Assembly: GCA_964187785.1 (NCBI GenBank)
Contig: OZ076409.1
Location: 42,844,001-42,908,000 of the forward strand
Reading direction: 5' to 3'
From: Amphiscolops sp. MND2022
Lineage: Eukaryota
DNA: 64,000 bases
Shown: positions 38,085 to 49,099 of the stretch, one piece after another
How positions within the stretch are numbered: position 1 is the stretch's first letter
Layout: each line of letters opens with the position of its first letter
Program-made: the position numbers and the translations under genes
The notes under the pieces: generated by a model
Database searches by the model: none
What the model was told of the DNA's origin: nothing
What the model saw: only the letters and a program-made list of their open reading frames with translations

Positions 38085-38813
38085 ATGAGCAATTACGAAC
38101 TCGTAATTGATATCTCTTCTGATGAAGAAGAAAACGAAGTCAGGCAAAGCACACCCATCAAAACCCTCCCACTAAATGGGATCACAGTTCTGAACCTCTC
38201 CGAAGCCTCCTTAGAAGCTACAAAAGGCAGCGCAGAAGAGATGATGGACTCTATCAATAGTCTAAATTTATCCGGCATCTCAGCGTCTACATTTGAGACT
38301 ATCGGTTCACCGAGAAAAATAAACTTCGGCACTACAAGCCCTGGCGAAGCTTTCATAGTGGAAGGGCATAGTACTGAAACGTCTGAAGAAAGCTACTTTG
38401 AAGAGCCGGATACTCCCCGTCAACTACCGCCGCTGCAGCCCGCCCCAGTATTACGAGACGTGTCTAACAAAGAGCTTCAGTACAATGGACCGCCTGCAAA
38501 AGCCGACAAACTCGACGACTTGATGGAGCCAGCAGTAGAAGAAATCGAAAACCCATACGGCATAGATCTACAAAGCAGCCTAGAATACAGCCCGTTGTGC
38601 GGACGTGGGACGAGATTCACCTCAACCAGGCTGGCAAGGACGCGGAAGCAACCCGTGCTCATCACGAGGGAGATTCCTCATTGCCCCAGACCGTGGGAAA
38701 CAGGCTATAGAGGCGCCCTGTCACGACCCGCTCCCGGTCGGGATTTCACCTGCTGTGGGGGAATACCCAAATTCGCTAGAGGGAGAGGTCACGGAAGACC
38801 AGCGGGACACTAA
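38085..38813 (+). CDS. Accessory ORF, 242 aa, acidic/Ser/Pro-rich with N-terminal SIM-like motif; ends inside the 3' LTR
   Basis: AAAATG start; MSNYELVIDISSDEEENE; uninterrupted frame; no signal peptide or TM stretch. Confidence 0.7.
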   Translation: MSNYELVIDISSDEEENEVRQSTPIKTLPLNGITVLNLSEASLEATKGSAEEMMDSINSLNLSGISASTFETIGSPRKINFGTTSPGEAFIVEGHSTETSEESYFEEPDTPRQLPPLQPAPVLRDVSNKELQYNGPPAKADKLDDLMEPAVEEIENPYGIDLQSSLEYSPLCGRGTRFTSTRLARTRKQPVLITREIPHCPRPWETGYRGALSRPAPGRDFTCCGGIPKFARGRGHGRPAGH

Positions 38814-40874
38814 AGTAATAAACACTTTTAAATCTTACCTTTATCTAAACCGCAGCACGAGTTAAGTTGAGCGGAAATGTAACGTAAAATATCCAAAAAT
38901 GATTTCTGACAAATAGAATTTCCGGTCCAATGTTTTCACATGCAACAGTTTAACTTACTTCCGGTTTTAACTGTTGAAAATTCCATGACAATCTAAATAC
39001 TAAAGATGAAAACATTCTTAACATTGGGATCAATTTTTTTCTCATTTCCACACTAAAAAGAAAACATTAAAACATTATCTAATTCCGTGATCCCAACGGA
39101 ACGCATACAATTAAAATGAAAAGAACATAGAAACAGTTAAGAAGATTTGTTTTCAGAGTTTGAAGTAGTTGTAAAAAGCCACTCAAAATACAGTCAAGTA
39201 ATTTGAATAAACCTTTACAACGTTATGACAGCGTCACTCAAATATGTAAGTTGCTGGTATTTCTAACTTATGGACCAATAGCGTTGTAGCTAATACCAGC
39301 AAATTTGCGCTCAAGCTAGTTAGAACCATTCCTAATGACGTCATTAAGAATGATTTTAAAGATGGCGAATTACTCCGAGCTTGCTCCGCTAGCAGCTAAG
39401 AAAGCTATACTCAATCTTAATATGTACGGAGTGCTTACGGAACAAATTGTAAGCCGAGAAAATTATAGCCAATCTTAATGCGTAGGGAGCATTTACGGAG
39501 CGTTTACGGAGTGAATTGTAATAGGTGAAGTTATACCTAATGTTAATACATGTAAGATAAGCGTGGAAAATTCTAAAACTCAGAAGCTATCCAAATACAT
39601 TAGGATGTTCCTGAGGTCATGTAGAATTATTCTGAGATATTTAAATTATCATAAGGTTTTACTTTTTCCACCCGGATCCTCCCCGTTTAGTGATTAGATT
39701 AGAATGTTCGTGCTGTTAGTTAAGATAAAGGTAAATCACTTAATGAAGGAGCTTTGTATTATATTTTCGCAAAAGAAGTCACCTAATTTTGCTACGTTGG
39801 TATAACGTTACTGGATGTAGTGCAATATTTTGTTATTTTGATTATTCGCTATAAAATCGAATCATGTAAAATATTGTTAGATGTTTCTGTCATGTTGCCA
39901 GATATTCTTGATTCTTCAATAATCAGAATTCTTGTTTATGTTTATCACCTTTTCAGCATCACTTGTTCCTTGTCAAATATCTCACTTCATTAATCCGAAA
40001 TTAGTCCGAGATATTTCCGTAGCAAATTTTGCTTGTCATCATTTTTATAGCGAGTTGAAAATTTCATCGCACGCAAACTGAATCATCGTTCACGCCAGCG
40101 TACCTCTTCCGATGAAAATCTAACTAGACTTTTATTTTGCCGCCTTTTCCGTGATTAAACCGGAAACGGGACAACTGAACAAAAATGATTTCAACAAGTA
40201 CTCCGTAAGATTGCCGTAACTAGGAATTTTAAATTATGAACAATTAATTGAAAGGCTGAAATGATATGAATGATTAAGCATTTTTTATGAACAAAACGGA
40301 TTTTAGGGATTCCTAGGAATTTTTAGGTGAGGAACAAATGATGCTGAGAGGGTATATATAGTTAGAAATCTCATGTAAAAATCAATCAACCCTTTTGTTT
40401 CACTGCGATCAATTTTGTTCCGTTATAATAACGAAAACTCATTCTTCGACGAATTCAAATATTTTCCGAAGACCTTGTTCTTGAACTCTGAAAAATGACT
40501 ACCAGAAGTCAAAAGAGAAAAGCAGCTGAAGAGCTTATTTCAACTGAAATAGAAACTCCTCTACCCGAAAATACTACGGGCGAAAATCCTATAGTAGGTA
40601 CAAGCAAATCTCCTAAAGTCACTACTGACAGTTTAGAGAATATAAAATCTGTGCTGAGAAAAGAAATCATGTCTGACCTCACTAAGATCTTAGCTGAAAA
40701 CCAGAAGGAGACGCTAAAACTGATAGCCCCGACCGTTAGAAAACAGACCGTATTAAGATCAACAGAGGATTCAGACTCTGATCCGAGAACATTCCGGAAA
40801 ACGCGACCTCAACCCCAATTAAAGGCAAACCAATGCGACTAGCTCTAAAATAACGCCGAACAATAGTCGTAACA
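38719..40874 (+). repeat. 3' LTR
   Basis: Direct repeat of 25155-27310; contains a truncated gag start at 40495. Confidence 0.97.
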
Positions 40875-41198
40875 ATGTCCCCATTTCCTCTAGTGCCCCG
40901 CGGCCCCTTGGGGCCGCCTATATTCCCATCTTGCTAAGCGAGGTCGAACAGGAGCAAAGACCTAGCGGGAACGGAGATCGCGAAGCGATCGTAGTGGGAG
41001 CTGGTCTTTGCGACGGTGAGGGCGAGCGTCCGTACACCGCATATGCCCCACATTGATATTTCCGTGAGTTGACTCATTTATTCTGTGAGTTGGATTGGAG
41101 TTGGCTTAATTTTGTGGTCACTTGGCCTAAAATTTTGAAGCCAAGTGACTCCTAAGAAATATTAGGCCAAATGGCATTAAGCAAAGTGACCTGTGACC

Positions 41199-41750
41199 CT
41201 ATATTGGACTCATGATGCATCTTCATTTTTCCCGGACAGTGTTGCTAACTTCCTCCAGAGTCATGTTACTCGATTCAGAAAGTTTTTGAGAATTCAAAAT
41301 TGTACGCGATAAAAACAGCAAGATGTCAGCCTTTTCAATAACCATCTTTGAAACCTCAGATGGAAAAATAATTACAAGTCATTTCTGAAATGTTGCACCA
41401 AAACCCCACCAGCTTGTAACAATATATCGCCCCTTTTAAACCTCCAATGGTATGACGCCATCAAAATATGTGAAATGTTGATCGGCAATTCTTTCGCTTC
41501 AGTCAAATACGCTTGGAAATATTGGCACGCGGAATCTCCGATGTGTCGTTGTGGCAAGAGTGAAGAGACTGCCGAACAATTCTTTCTGGCATGTGGTTAA
41601 TACCAAGTCATCAGACCTGAAGATATTGACTCATTGAATCTCCTGGACCCTGATGACTGCAATACCATTGTCGACTACATCTCACATTCAACGAAGTTAA
41701 AAGAATTCGTAAATCTCTCATCCTTGAATCCTAACCTAACTTTATCCAAC
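41199..41750 (+). mobile_element. 3' end of the I-group-like LINE begun at ~20549
   Basis: Resumes after the MITE TSD; C-terminal knuckle remnant MCRCGKSEETAEQFFLAC. Confidence 0.75.
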
Positions 41751-43866
41751 TCTCGAAGTAAAGCTTCAGTCTAGCAGAAATCATTCTCTAAAATAACTTT
41801 CCAACATGGCTAGAAATTGATAATGGTCTATGGCTGGAGCATTGTTCGTAGGATTTCTTTCCCGGCTTTTTTATAAGAGTGATCCTTGATATGTTCCAAG
41901 GCCATGTGGATGGGATCCAACATGTGTTAAACAGGAAGAGCAATAAAATTTTCATGTTGGCTCCCGATTTTTTCAGCATGGCAACATGAATCATTTCATT
42001 GTCAAATAACATGAATCATGTCATTGTCAAATGAAAAAGATCTGCATTTTTTCAAGGCCTCATTTAGTTCGACCATACTAAAATCACTGTCAAGTTCATG
42101 CCATAACTCAGGTGTGGTGTAATCAACAGTTGGTTGCCAGTCATGGAAATAGTTTCCTCCAAGATGCCTGCCTTCGAAAAATGTTTTGCGAAATTCTTGT
42201 GAAATGAACTTTGGATCGCACAAAAGCTCGCCATTTTTGTTTCTGACAATGCCAATATTCTCAAACTTATCTTTGAATAGTCTCTTATGACACTTCCAGA
42301 ATTCTCTACATTTTTGTACCCAAGCTGCTCTAGTTGATTACGTATCCACGTTGATGCAGACTCGCTCAAAAGGTCTTTGAAAAGCTCACTCTTCTCTTTA
42401 AAATCTTCGACATTCGAGTAATTGCATTGCGTTTGAATTTTCTTCTTGCTTCCCGCAATGATTTTCTCGCCTCTTCCAGCTTGGTAATCCAGAAAGGTTT
42501 GCTATGATTCGATACAGTTTTTGAGGGAATAAAATTTTGTGAGGCGTGGGCGATAAGCGAATTAGTGAATATCCAGAGTTCGTCAGCTTGATTGCTGGGA
42601 ACAGTGTAGCTATTCTGCTCCAGAAACAACGACCAATTGTCCCAATCGGCTTTTTCAATCCAAGGTTTAGACTTCGTTGTTATTGCTTCAGATACTGACT
42701 CAAATTCTACTGTGACTGGTATGTGGCCTCTATTTGGAGCACCCGAAAACAGCTCAACATCCTTGTCTACTGAGCTTCAATGAGGAATGTCACATTAGAA
42801 TATCACACAATATCCTTGATGAAGAACAAGAAGGTTTCAGGACTCATCGGAGCACTACCCGTTCTTTGTATCGTATGCATTTCGTATTAAAGGAAGCAAA
42901 GCGCTCGAAAAAGCCAACCGCACTACTGAATATTGATCTGGAAAAGACTTTTGATAGCATTTGGGTCCAAGGTCTGCTTTATAAACTTGAATCGGTGAAT
43001 TTGCCCCACAGGATGCTATGTATCATATCATCCTTTCTTAGCAATCGGAAGGGATTCATTGATATCAACGGCCATTACACTGAACTTTTCGATATTAATG
43101 TTGGTCTCCCCCAAGGCAGTGTGCTATCCCCTCTTCTTTTCGTTTTTTACCTTAGTGACTTCTTATCCGAAGTCGAGGTAAAGTTCAAATTTGCAGATGA
43201 CAGCTCGGCTATCATCTCTGCTTTTAACACAGATACCTTACATTCAACTCTACAAGCTATTTGTCATAATATAGAATTTTGGTGCAAAAAGAGGAGAATG
43301 GTAGTTAATGGGTCTAAAACTGAACTACATCTTTTGAATTGCTTGGCTGACAACACTGAGCCAATCCTTCTCAACGGGGAGCGATGCAAGACGAAGCAAA
43401 CTACTAAATCTCTGGGCTTAGCTATAGACACTAACCTCACCTTTAGAGAGCAAACGTCTATTACGGCCTCGAAAGCTTTAACTAGCTGGAGGCTGCTTTA
43501 GAGTAAATGCTCTAACAGGTGGGGCCTCAGTATACCAACACAAGCCTATCTGTATAAAACCATAATCAGACCACAGTTATTATATGCGGAGCCGATATGG
43601 GCCCAAAGAAACTATGCAAGCCTACAGATTGTTTAAAATCGAATAATTCGCTCCATAATGAAACACAGCATGTCTCCAAAGATAACAGCTATTGAAGTGT
43701 TGATGGGGATTCCTCCTGTAAATATTTATTGTTCTTCAATTGAAATAAAATTTTTAACCAAAGCAGTGAATGAAGATGATTTAGTTACCGCGACCCATGT
43801 CAAAACATTGACAAGACCCCGTAGTCTCTCCTCCCTTCTCCTAAGCAAACTGAGAAGATTTGAAAG
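41749..43866 (+). mobile_element. 5'-inverted I-group-like LINE, copy 1 (41749-~42795 inverted; ~42800 onward forward)
   Basis: Minus segment ends ...SHVGKLF*RMISARLKLYFE; plus segment resumes SHNILDEEQEGFR, DLEKTFD, PQGS, FADD. Confidence 0.85.
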
Positions 43867-44206
43867 GGGTGGTTGTAAATAGGTCCAATTTTTCTGGTCG
43901 AAAGGACAGAGGTCGAACCTTCTGATCGAATTGCAGGGATCGAATGGAATGCGGTCGAATTTTATCGTATTTGTTGTATGGCTCGGTCGCTTCGCTCCCT
44001 TCGCCAAGTAGCAACATTGAGGCATGGTCATATGGTACGTCGCTCCGCTTCGCTTCGCTCCTGCATTCAAGGCACTAGGGGTATGTGAACATATCTGACT
44101 ACGTTATAAAAATTTCGATCCGAGTTGTTTCGATCCCATTCAAAAATTTGGTATTTCGACCTGAGGACTAACTCTGATTTTCGATCCCGTTCCTTCGACC
44201 CGTTCC
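43867..44206. mobile_element. Truncated copy of the 47327-47696 MITE
   Basis: Near-identical to 47327-47680; right end cut by the duplication junction. Confidence 0.7.
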
Positions 44207-47200
44207 GTAATTATTTTAAACCAAGTGTATCGGGTATTGGCTTAAAATCACTTAGTTGAAAATACGTGGCAGATTTCGTCGAAATGTCATATCAAGCACC
44301 CCTCGGATATGTCCCCAATTCCTCTAGTGCCCCGCGGCCCCCCTGGGGCCGCCTATATTCCCGTCTTGCTAAGCGAGGTCGAACAGGAGCAAAGACCTAG
44401 CGGGAACGGAGATCGCGAAGCGATCGTAGTGGGAGCTGGTCTTTGCGACGGTGAGGGCGAGCGTCCGTACACCGCATATGCCCCACATTGATATTTCCGT
44501 GAGTTGACTCATTTATTCTGTGAGTTGGATTGGAGTTGGCTTAATTTTGTGGTCACTTGGCCTAAAATTTTGAAGCCAAGTGACTCCTAAGAAATATTAG
44601 GCCAAATGGCATTAAGCAAAGTGACCTGTGACCCTATATTGGACTCATGATGCATCTTCATTTTTCCCGGACAGCGTTGCTAACTTCCTCCAGAGTCATG
44701 TTACTCGATTCGGAAAGTTTTTGAGAATTCAAAATTGTACGCGATAAAAACAGCAAGATGTCAGCCTTTTCAATAACCATCTTTGAAACCTCATATGGAA
44801 AAATAATTACAAGTCATTTCTGAAATGTTGCACCAAAACCCCACCAACTTGTAACAATATATCGCCCCTTTTAAACCTCCAATGGTATGACGCCATCAAA
44901 ATATGTGAAATGTTGATCGGCAATTCTTTCGCTTCAGTCAAATACGCTTGGAAATATTGGCACGCGGAATCTCCGATGTGTCGTTGTGGCAAGAGTGAAG
45001 AGACTGCCGAACAATTCTTTCTGGCATGTGGTTAATACCAAGTCATCAGACCTGAAGACATTGACTCATTGAATCTCCTGGACCCTTATGACTGCAATAC
45101 CATTGTCGACTACATCTCACATTCAACGAAGTTAAAAGAATTCGTAAATCTCTCATCCTTGAATCCTAACCTAACTTTATCCAACTCTCGAAGTAAAGCT
45201 TCAGTCTAGCAGAAATCATTCTCTAAAATAACTTTCCAACATGGCTAGAAATTGATAATGGTCTATGGCTGGAGTATTGTTCGTAGAATTTCTTTCCCGG
45301 CTTTTTTATAAGAGTGATCCTTGATATGTTCCAACGCCATGTGGATGGGATCCAACATGTGTTAAACAGGAAGAGCAATAAATTTTTCATGTTGGCTCCC
45401 GATTTTTTCAGCATGGCAACATGAATCATGTCATTGCCAAATAACATGAATCTTGTCATTGTCAAATGAAAAAGATCTGCATTTTTTCAAGGCCTCATTT
45501 AGTTCGACCATACTAAAATCACTGTCAAGTTTATGCCATAACTCAGGCGCGGTGTAATCAACAGTTGGTTGCCAGTCATGGAAATAGTTTCCTCCAAGAT
45601 GCCTGCCTTCGAAAAATGTTTTGCGAAATTCTTGTGAAATGAACTTTGGATCGAACAAAAGCTCGCCATTTTTGTTTCTGACAATGCCAATATTCTCAAA
45701 CTTATCTTTGAATAGTCTCTTATGACACTTCCAGAATTCTCTACATTTTTGTACCCAAGCTGCTCTAGTTGATTACGTATCCACGTTGATGCAGCCTCGC
45801 TCAAAAGGTCTTTGAAAAGCTCACTCTTTTCTTTAAAATCTTCGCCATTCGAGTAATTGCATTGCGTTTGAATTTTCTTCTTGCTTCCCGCAATGATTTA
45901 CTCGCCTCTTCCAGCTTGGTAATCCAGAAAGGTTTGCTATGATTCGATACAGTTTTTGAGGGAATAAAATTTTGTGAGGCGTGGGCGATAAGCGAATTAG
46001 TGAATATCCAGAGTTCGTCAGCTTGATTGCTGGGAACAGTGTAGCTATTCTGCTCCAGAAACAACGACCAATTGTCCCAATCGGCTTTTTCAATCCAAGG
46101 TTTAGACTTCGTTGTTATTGCTTCAGATACTGACTCAAATTCTACTGTGACTGGTATGTGGCCTCTATTTGGAGCACCCGAAAACAGCTCAACATCCTTG
46201 TCTACTGAGCTTCTATGAGGAATGTCACATTAGAATATCACACAATATCCTTGATGAAGAACAAGAAGGTTTCAGGACTCATCGGAGCACTACCCGTTCT
46301 TTGTATCGTATGCATCTCGTATTAAAGGAAGCAAAGCGCTCGAAAAAGCCAACCGCACTACTGAATATTGATCTGGAAAAGGCCTTTGATAGCATTTGGG
46401 TCCAAGGTCTGCTTTATAAACTTGAATCGGTGAATTTTCCCCACAGGATGCTATGTATCATATCATCCTTTCTTAGCAATCGGAAGGGATTCATTGATGT
46501 CAACGGCCATTACACTGAACTTTTCGATATTAATGTTGGTCTCCCCCGAGGCAGTGTGCTTTCCCCTCTTCTTTTTGTTTTTTACCTTAGTGACTTCTTA
46601 TCCGAAGTCGAGGTAAAGTTCAAATTTGCAGATGACAGCTCGGCTATCATCTCTGCTTTTAACACAGATACCTTACATTCAACTCTACAAGCTATTTGTC
46701 ATAATATAGAATTTTGGTGCAAAAAGAGGAGAATGGTAGTTAATGGGTCTAAAACTGAGCTACTTCTTTTGAATTGCTTGGCTGACAACACTGAGCCAAT
46801 CTGTCTCAACGGGGAGCGATGCAAGACGAAGCAAACTACTAAATCTCTGGGCTTAGCTATAGACACTAACCTCACCTTTAAAGAGCAAACGTCTATTACG
46901 GCCTCGAATGTTTTAACTAGCTGGTGGCTGCTTTAGAGTAAATGCTCTAACAGGTGGGGCCTCAGTATACCAACACAAGCCTAACTGTATAAACCCATAA
47001 TCAGACCACAGTTATTATATGCGGAGCCGATATGGGCCCAAAGAAACTATGCAAGCCCGGCTTACAGATTTTAAATAGGGCCTACAGATTGTTTAAAATC
47101 GAATAATTCGCTCCATAATGAAACACGGCATGTCTCCAAAGATAACAGCTATTGAAGTGTTGATGGGGATTCCTCCTGTAAATATTTATTGTTTTTCAAT

Positions 47201-47680
47201 TGAAATAAAATTTTTAACCAAAGCAGTGAATGAAGATGATTTAGTTACCGCGACGCATGTCAAAACATTGACAAGACCCCGTAGTCTCTCCTCCCTTCTC
47301 CTAAGCAAACTGAGAAGATTTGAAAGGGGTGGTTGTAAATAGGTCCAATTTTTCTGGGAGGGGTCGAACCTATAGGGGTTCGTTCTATAGGGGTCGAACC
47401 TTCTGATCGAATTGCAGGGATCGAATGGAATGCGGTCGAATTTTATCGTATTTGTTGTATGGCTCGGTCGCTTCGCTCCCTTCGCCAAGTAGCAACATTG
47501 AGGCATGGTCATATGGTACGTCGCTCCGCTTCGCTTCGCTCCTGCATTCAAGGCACTAGGGGTATGTGAACATATCTGACTACGTTATAAAAATTTCGAT
47601 CCGAGTTGTTTCGATCCCATTCAAAAACTTGGTATTTCGACCTGAGGACTAACTCTGATTTTCGATCCCGTTCCTTCGAC
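44207..47680 (+). repeat. Second unit of a ~3.45-kb tandem duplication (first unit = 25012-25154 + 40880-44206)
   Basis: Colinear near-identical sequence at offset ~3435; includes an uninterrupted MITE core 44207-44633. Confidence 0.92.
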
Positions 47681-48290
47681 CTTCTTCCGCCCACCCATCC
47701 GAAAGAACTCATATGTCTCATTCTTACACTCGGGACTCCATTAATGCCTTTATCAGGGATGACTGGAACCGCAGATGGAAAGTCCGTATAATGACATTTT
47801 CCTCAAGAATTTCATTTCCAACTTACCACGAGAAATGATTTATTCACCTTTACTGGACGGAAACCCTTTGATTGCCAATATGATAAGCGATCTTCTCATC
47901 GGAAGCTCACGAAGATTAGCTGAAAACTCATGGAAACTGAGCCGCACACCATCGCCCATGTGTATTTGTGGAGTGTCAGAGCAGAACAGCTACCACTATT
48001 TCTCCTATTGTCCAAATTATCGTATATTCAGACCCTTTCATCTCAATTTTCTTGATCTTTTCATCTCTGATGACTGTGCCATTTTTAGAAACTTCACCTC
48101 CGGTACAAATATTATTAAATGTACTGAAACTGCCGTAGGCGATCCTGCCTGATATGTATGCATCCACTGTATTGTAACTGTTCTTAAATAGTTCTGTTTC
48201 ATACCTGTCCGCAAAGAGGGGCTTCATTTTAGAATTTATATATATATTTATTTAATTTGTAGCCTAATTGTTGTGATAAACTTATTAAAT
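45184..48290 (+). mobile_element. 5'-inverted I-group-like LINE, copy 2, with 3' end
   Basis: As copy 1; after the MITE it continues to CICGVSEQNSYHYFSYC and an AT-rich 3' UTR. Confidence 0.85.
47327..47696. mobile_element. MULE-like MITE with degenerate 9-bp TSD
   Basis: Ends GGGTGGTTGTAAATAGGTC / GACCTTCTTCCGCCCACCC; ATTTGAAAG (47318-47326) vs ATCCGAAAG (47697-47705); interrupts the LINE frame RRFER|THMS. Confidence 0.7.
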
Positions 48291-48485
48291 AGGAATTTCC
48301 CTTTCACCTTTTCAAATCGTGTATTTTCAGAACTTTTGAGCTAGAGGATTGAACCCATTTTTTTACTCTCCAATCAGGTAGCTATTTGAGGTTTTGTTAA
48401 CTTGGAGCGGCCTGAAAGGAGAAACAAAAAGGAACAATTTTAAAAATCCCACCGATCTCTAGCTTGGTGGGCGAAGATTCCATTC

Positions 48486-49088
48486 TTGATGTACATCATT
48501 GGAGCCAACAATATTGCAAGAGCTTTGAAGTTTTCCCCGCAGCTGAACAAAAGAGTACAATACCGAATAACAGGTATTCCCAGTCTCAGCTTAAACCATA
48601 ACAGTCCTAAAAACCTCAACCTCCAATATTACCTGGAGAGAAAACCACTTAACATGACCGATATTGTCTTTTGGCACAACATCTTGAGCAATTCCCTTAC
48701 TCCACATCACTCCAACAACAATAAACCTTTGACAATTGACGAAATGATCCAAGCCCTGATAACCATCAAGCATAGGGTCAAAGTGATTGTATACACCAGA
48801 AAGTTTGGGACAAAGGAATTGTTCGAAGTTATTTGGAACTCAACCGGTATCCTAACAATTAACATCCGCACCCATCTTCTCTCTAAAAGGAAGCAGAACA
48901 GTAACAGGTACAAACACCAGTTGCTAGAAAACCACCCTGAGGTTGAAATAGAGTTCAGCTTGTTGAAAATTGTATTTGATCATCGAAAAAAGTTGCGAAG
49001 ACTGACTTTGAAAAAAAAAGATCTCAAACACGCAAACGGCCCTCCAAAAAACGCCCTGGAAGTCAAAGAAGAAACACGTAAAGGTTAG
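48486..49088 (+). CDS. 200-aa ORF, possibly SGNH/esterase-like, directly upstream of a CR1 ORF1
   Basis: Open frame beginning YIIGANNIARAL with an alternating beta/alpha-like pattern; fold call is a guess. Confidence 0.45.
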   Translation: MMYIIGANNIARALKFSPQLNKRVQYRITGIPSLSLNHNSPKNLNLQYYLERKPLNMTDIVFWHNILSNSLTPHHSNNNKPLTIDEMIQALITIKHRVKVIVYTRKFGTKELFEVIWNSTGILTINIRTHLLSKRKQNSNRYKHQLLENHPEVEIEFSLLKIVFDHRKKLRRLTLKKKDLKHANGPPKNALEVKEETRKG

Positions 49089-49099
49089 TGTCACTTTTT

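Larger units (their letters stand above)
25155..40874 (+). mobile_element. Full-length Ty3/Gypsy LTR retrotransposon (15,720 bp) with accessory gene cassette
   Basis: Two 2156-bp LTRs TGTCACGAC...GTCGTAACA; ATGTC TSD (25150-25154, 40875-40879); PBS; gag; pol in PR-RT-RH-IN order. Confidence 0.98.
24942..41198. mobile_element. GG..CC-ended MITE with 8-bp TSD (Merlin- or MULE-like), split by the Gypsy insertion (24942-25154 + 40880-41198)
   Basis: TIRs GGTAAAGGGTCACTTGGCTTAATG / CATTAAGCAAAGTGACCTGTGACC; CTATATTG at 24934-24941 and 41199-41206; subterminal GTCACTTGGCTTAA repeats. Confidence 0.85.

Noticed and set aside
38085..38813. env gene (third-ORF position)
   Set aside because: No signal peptide, transmembrane segment or ectodomain-like composition; acidic and disordered.
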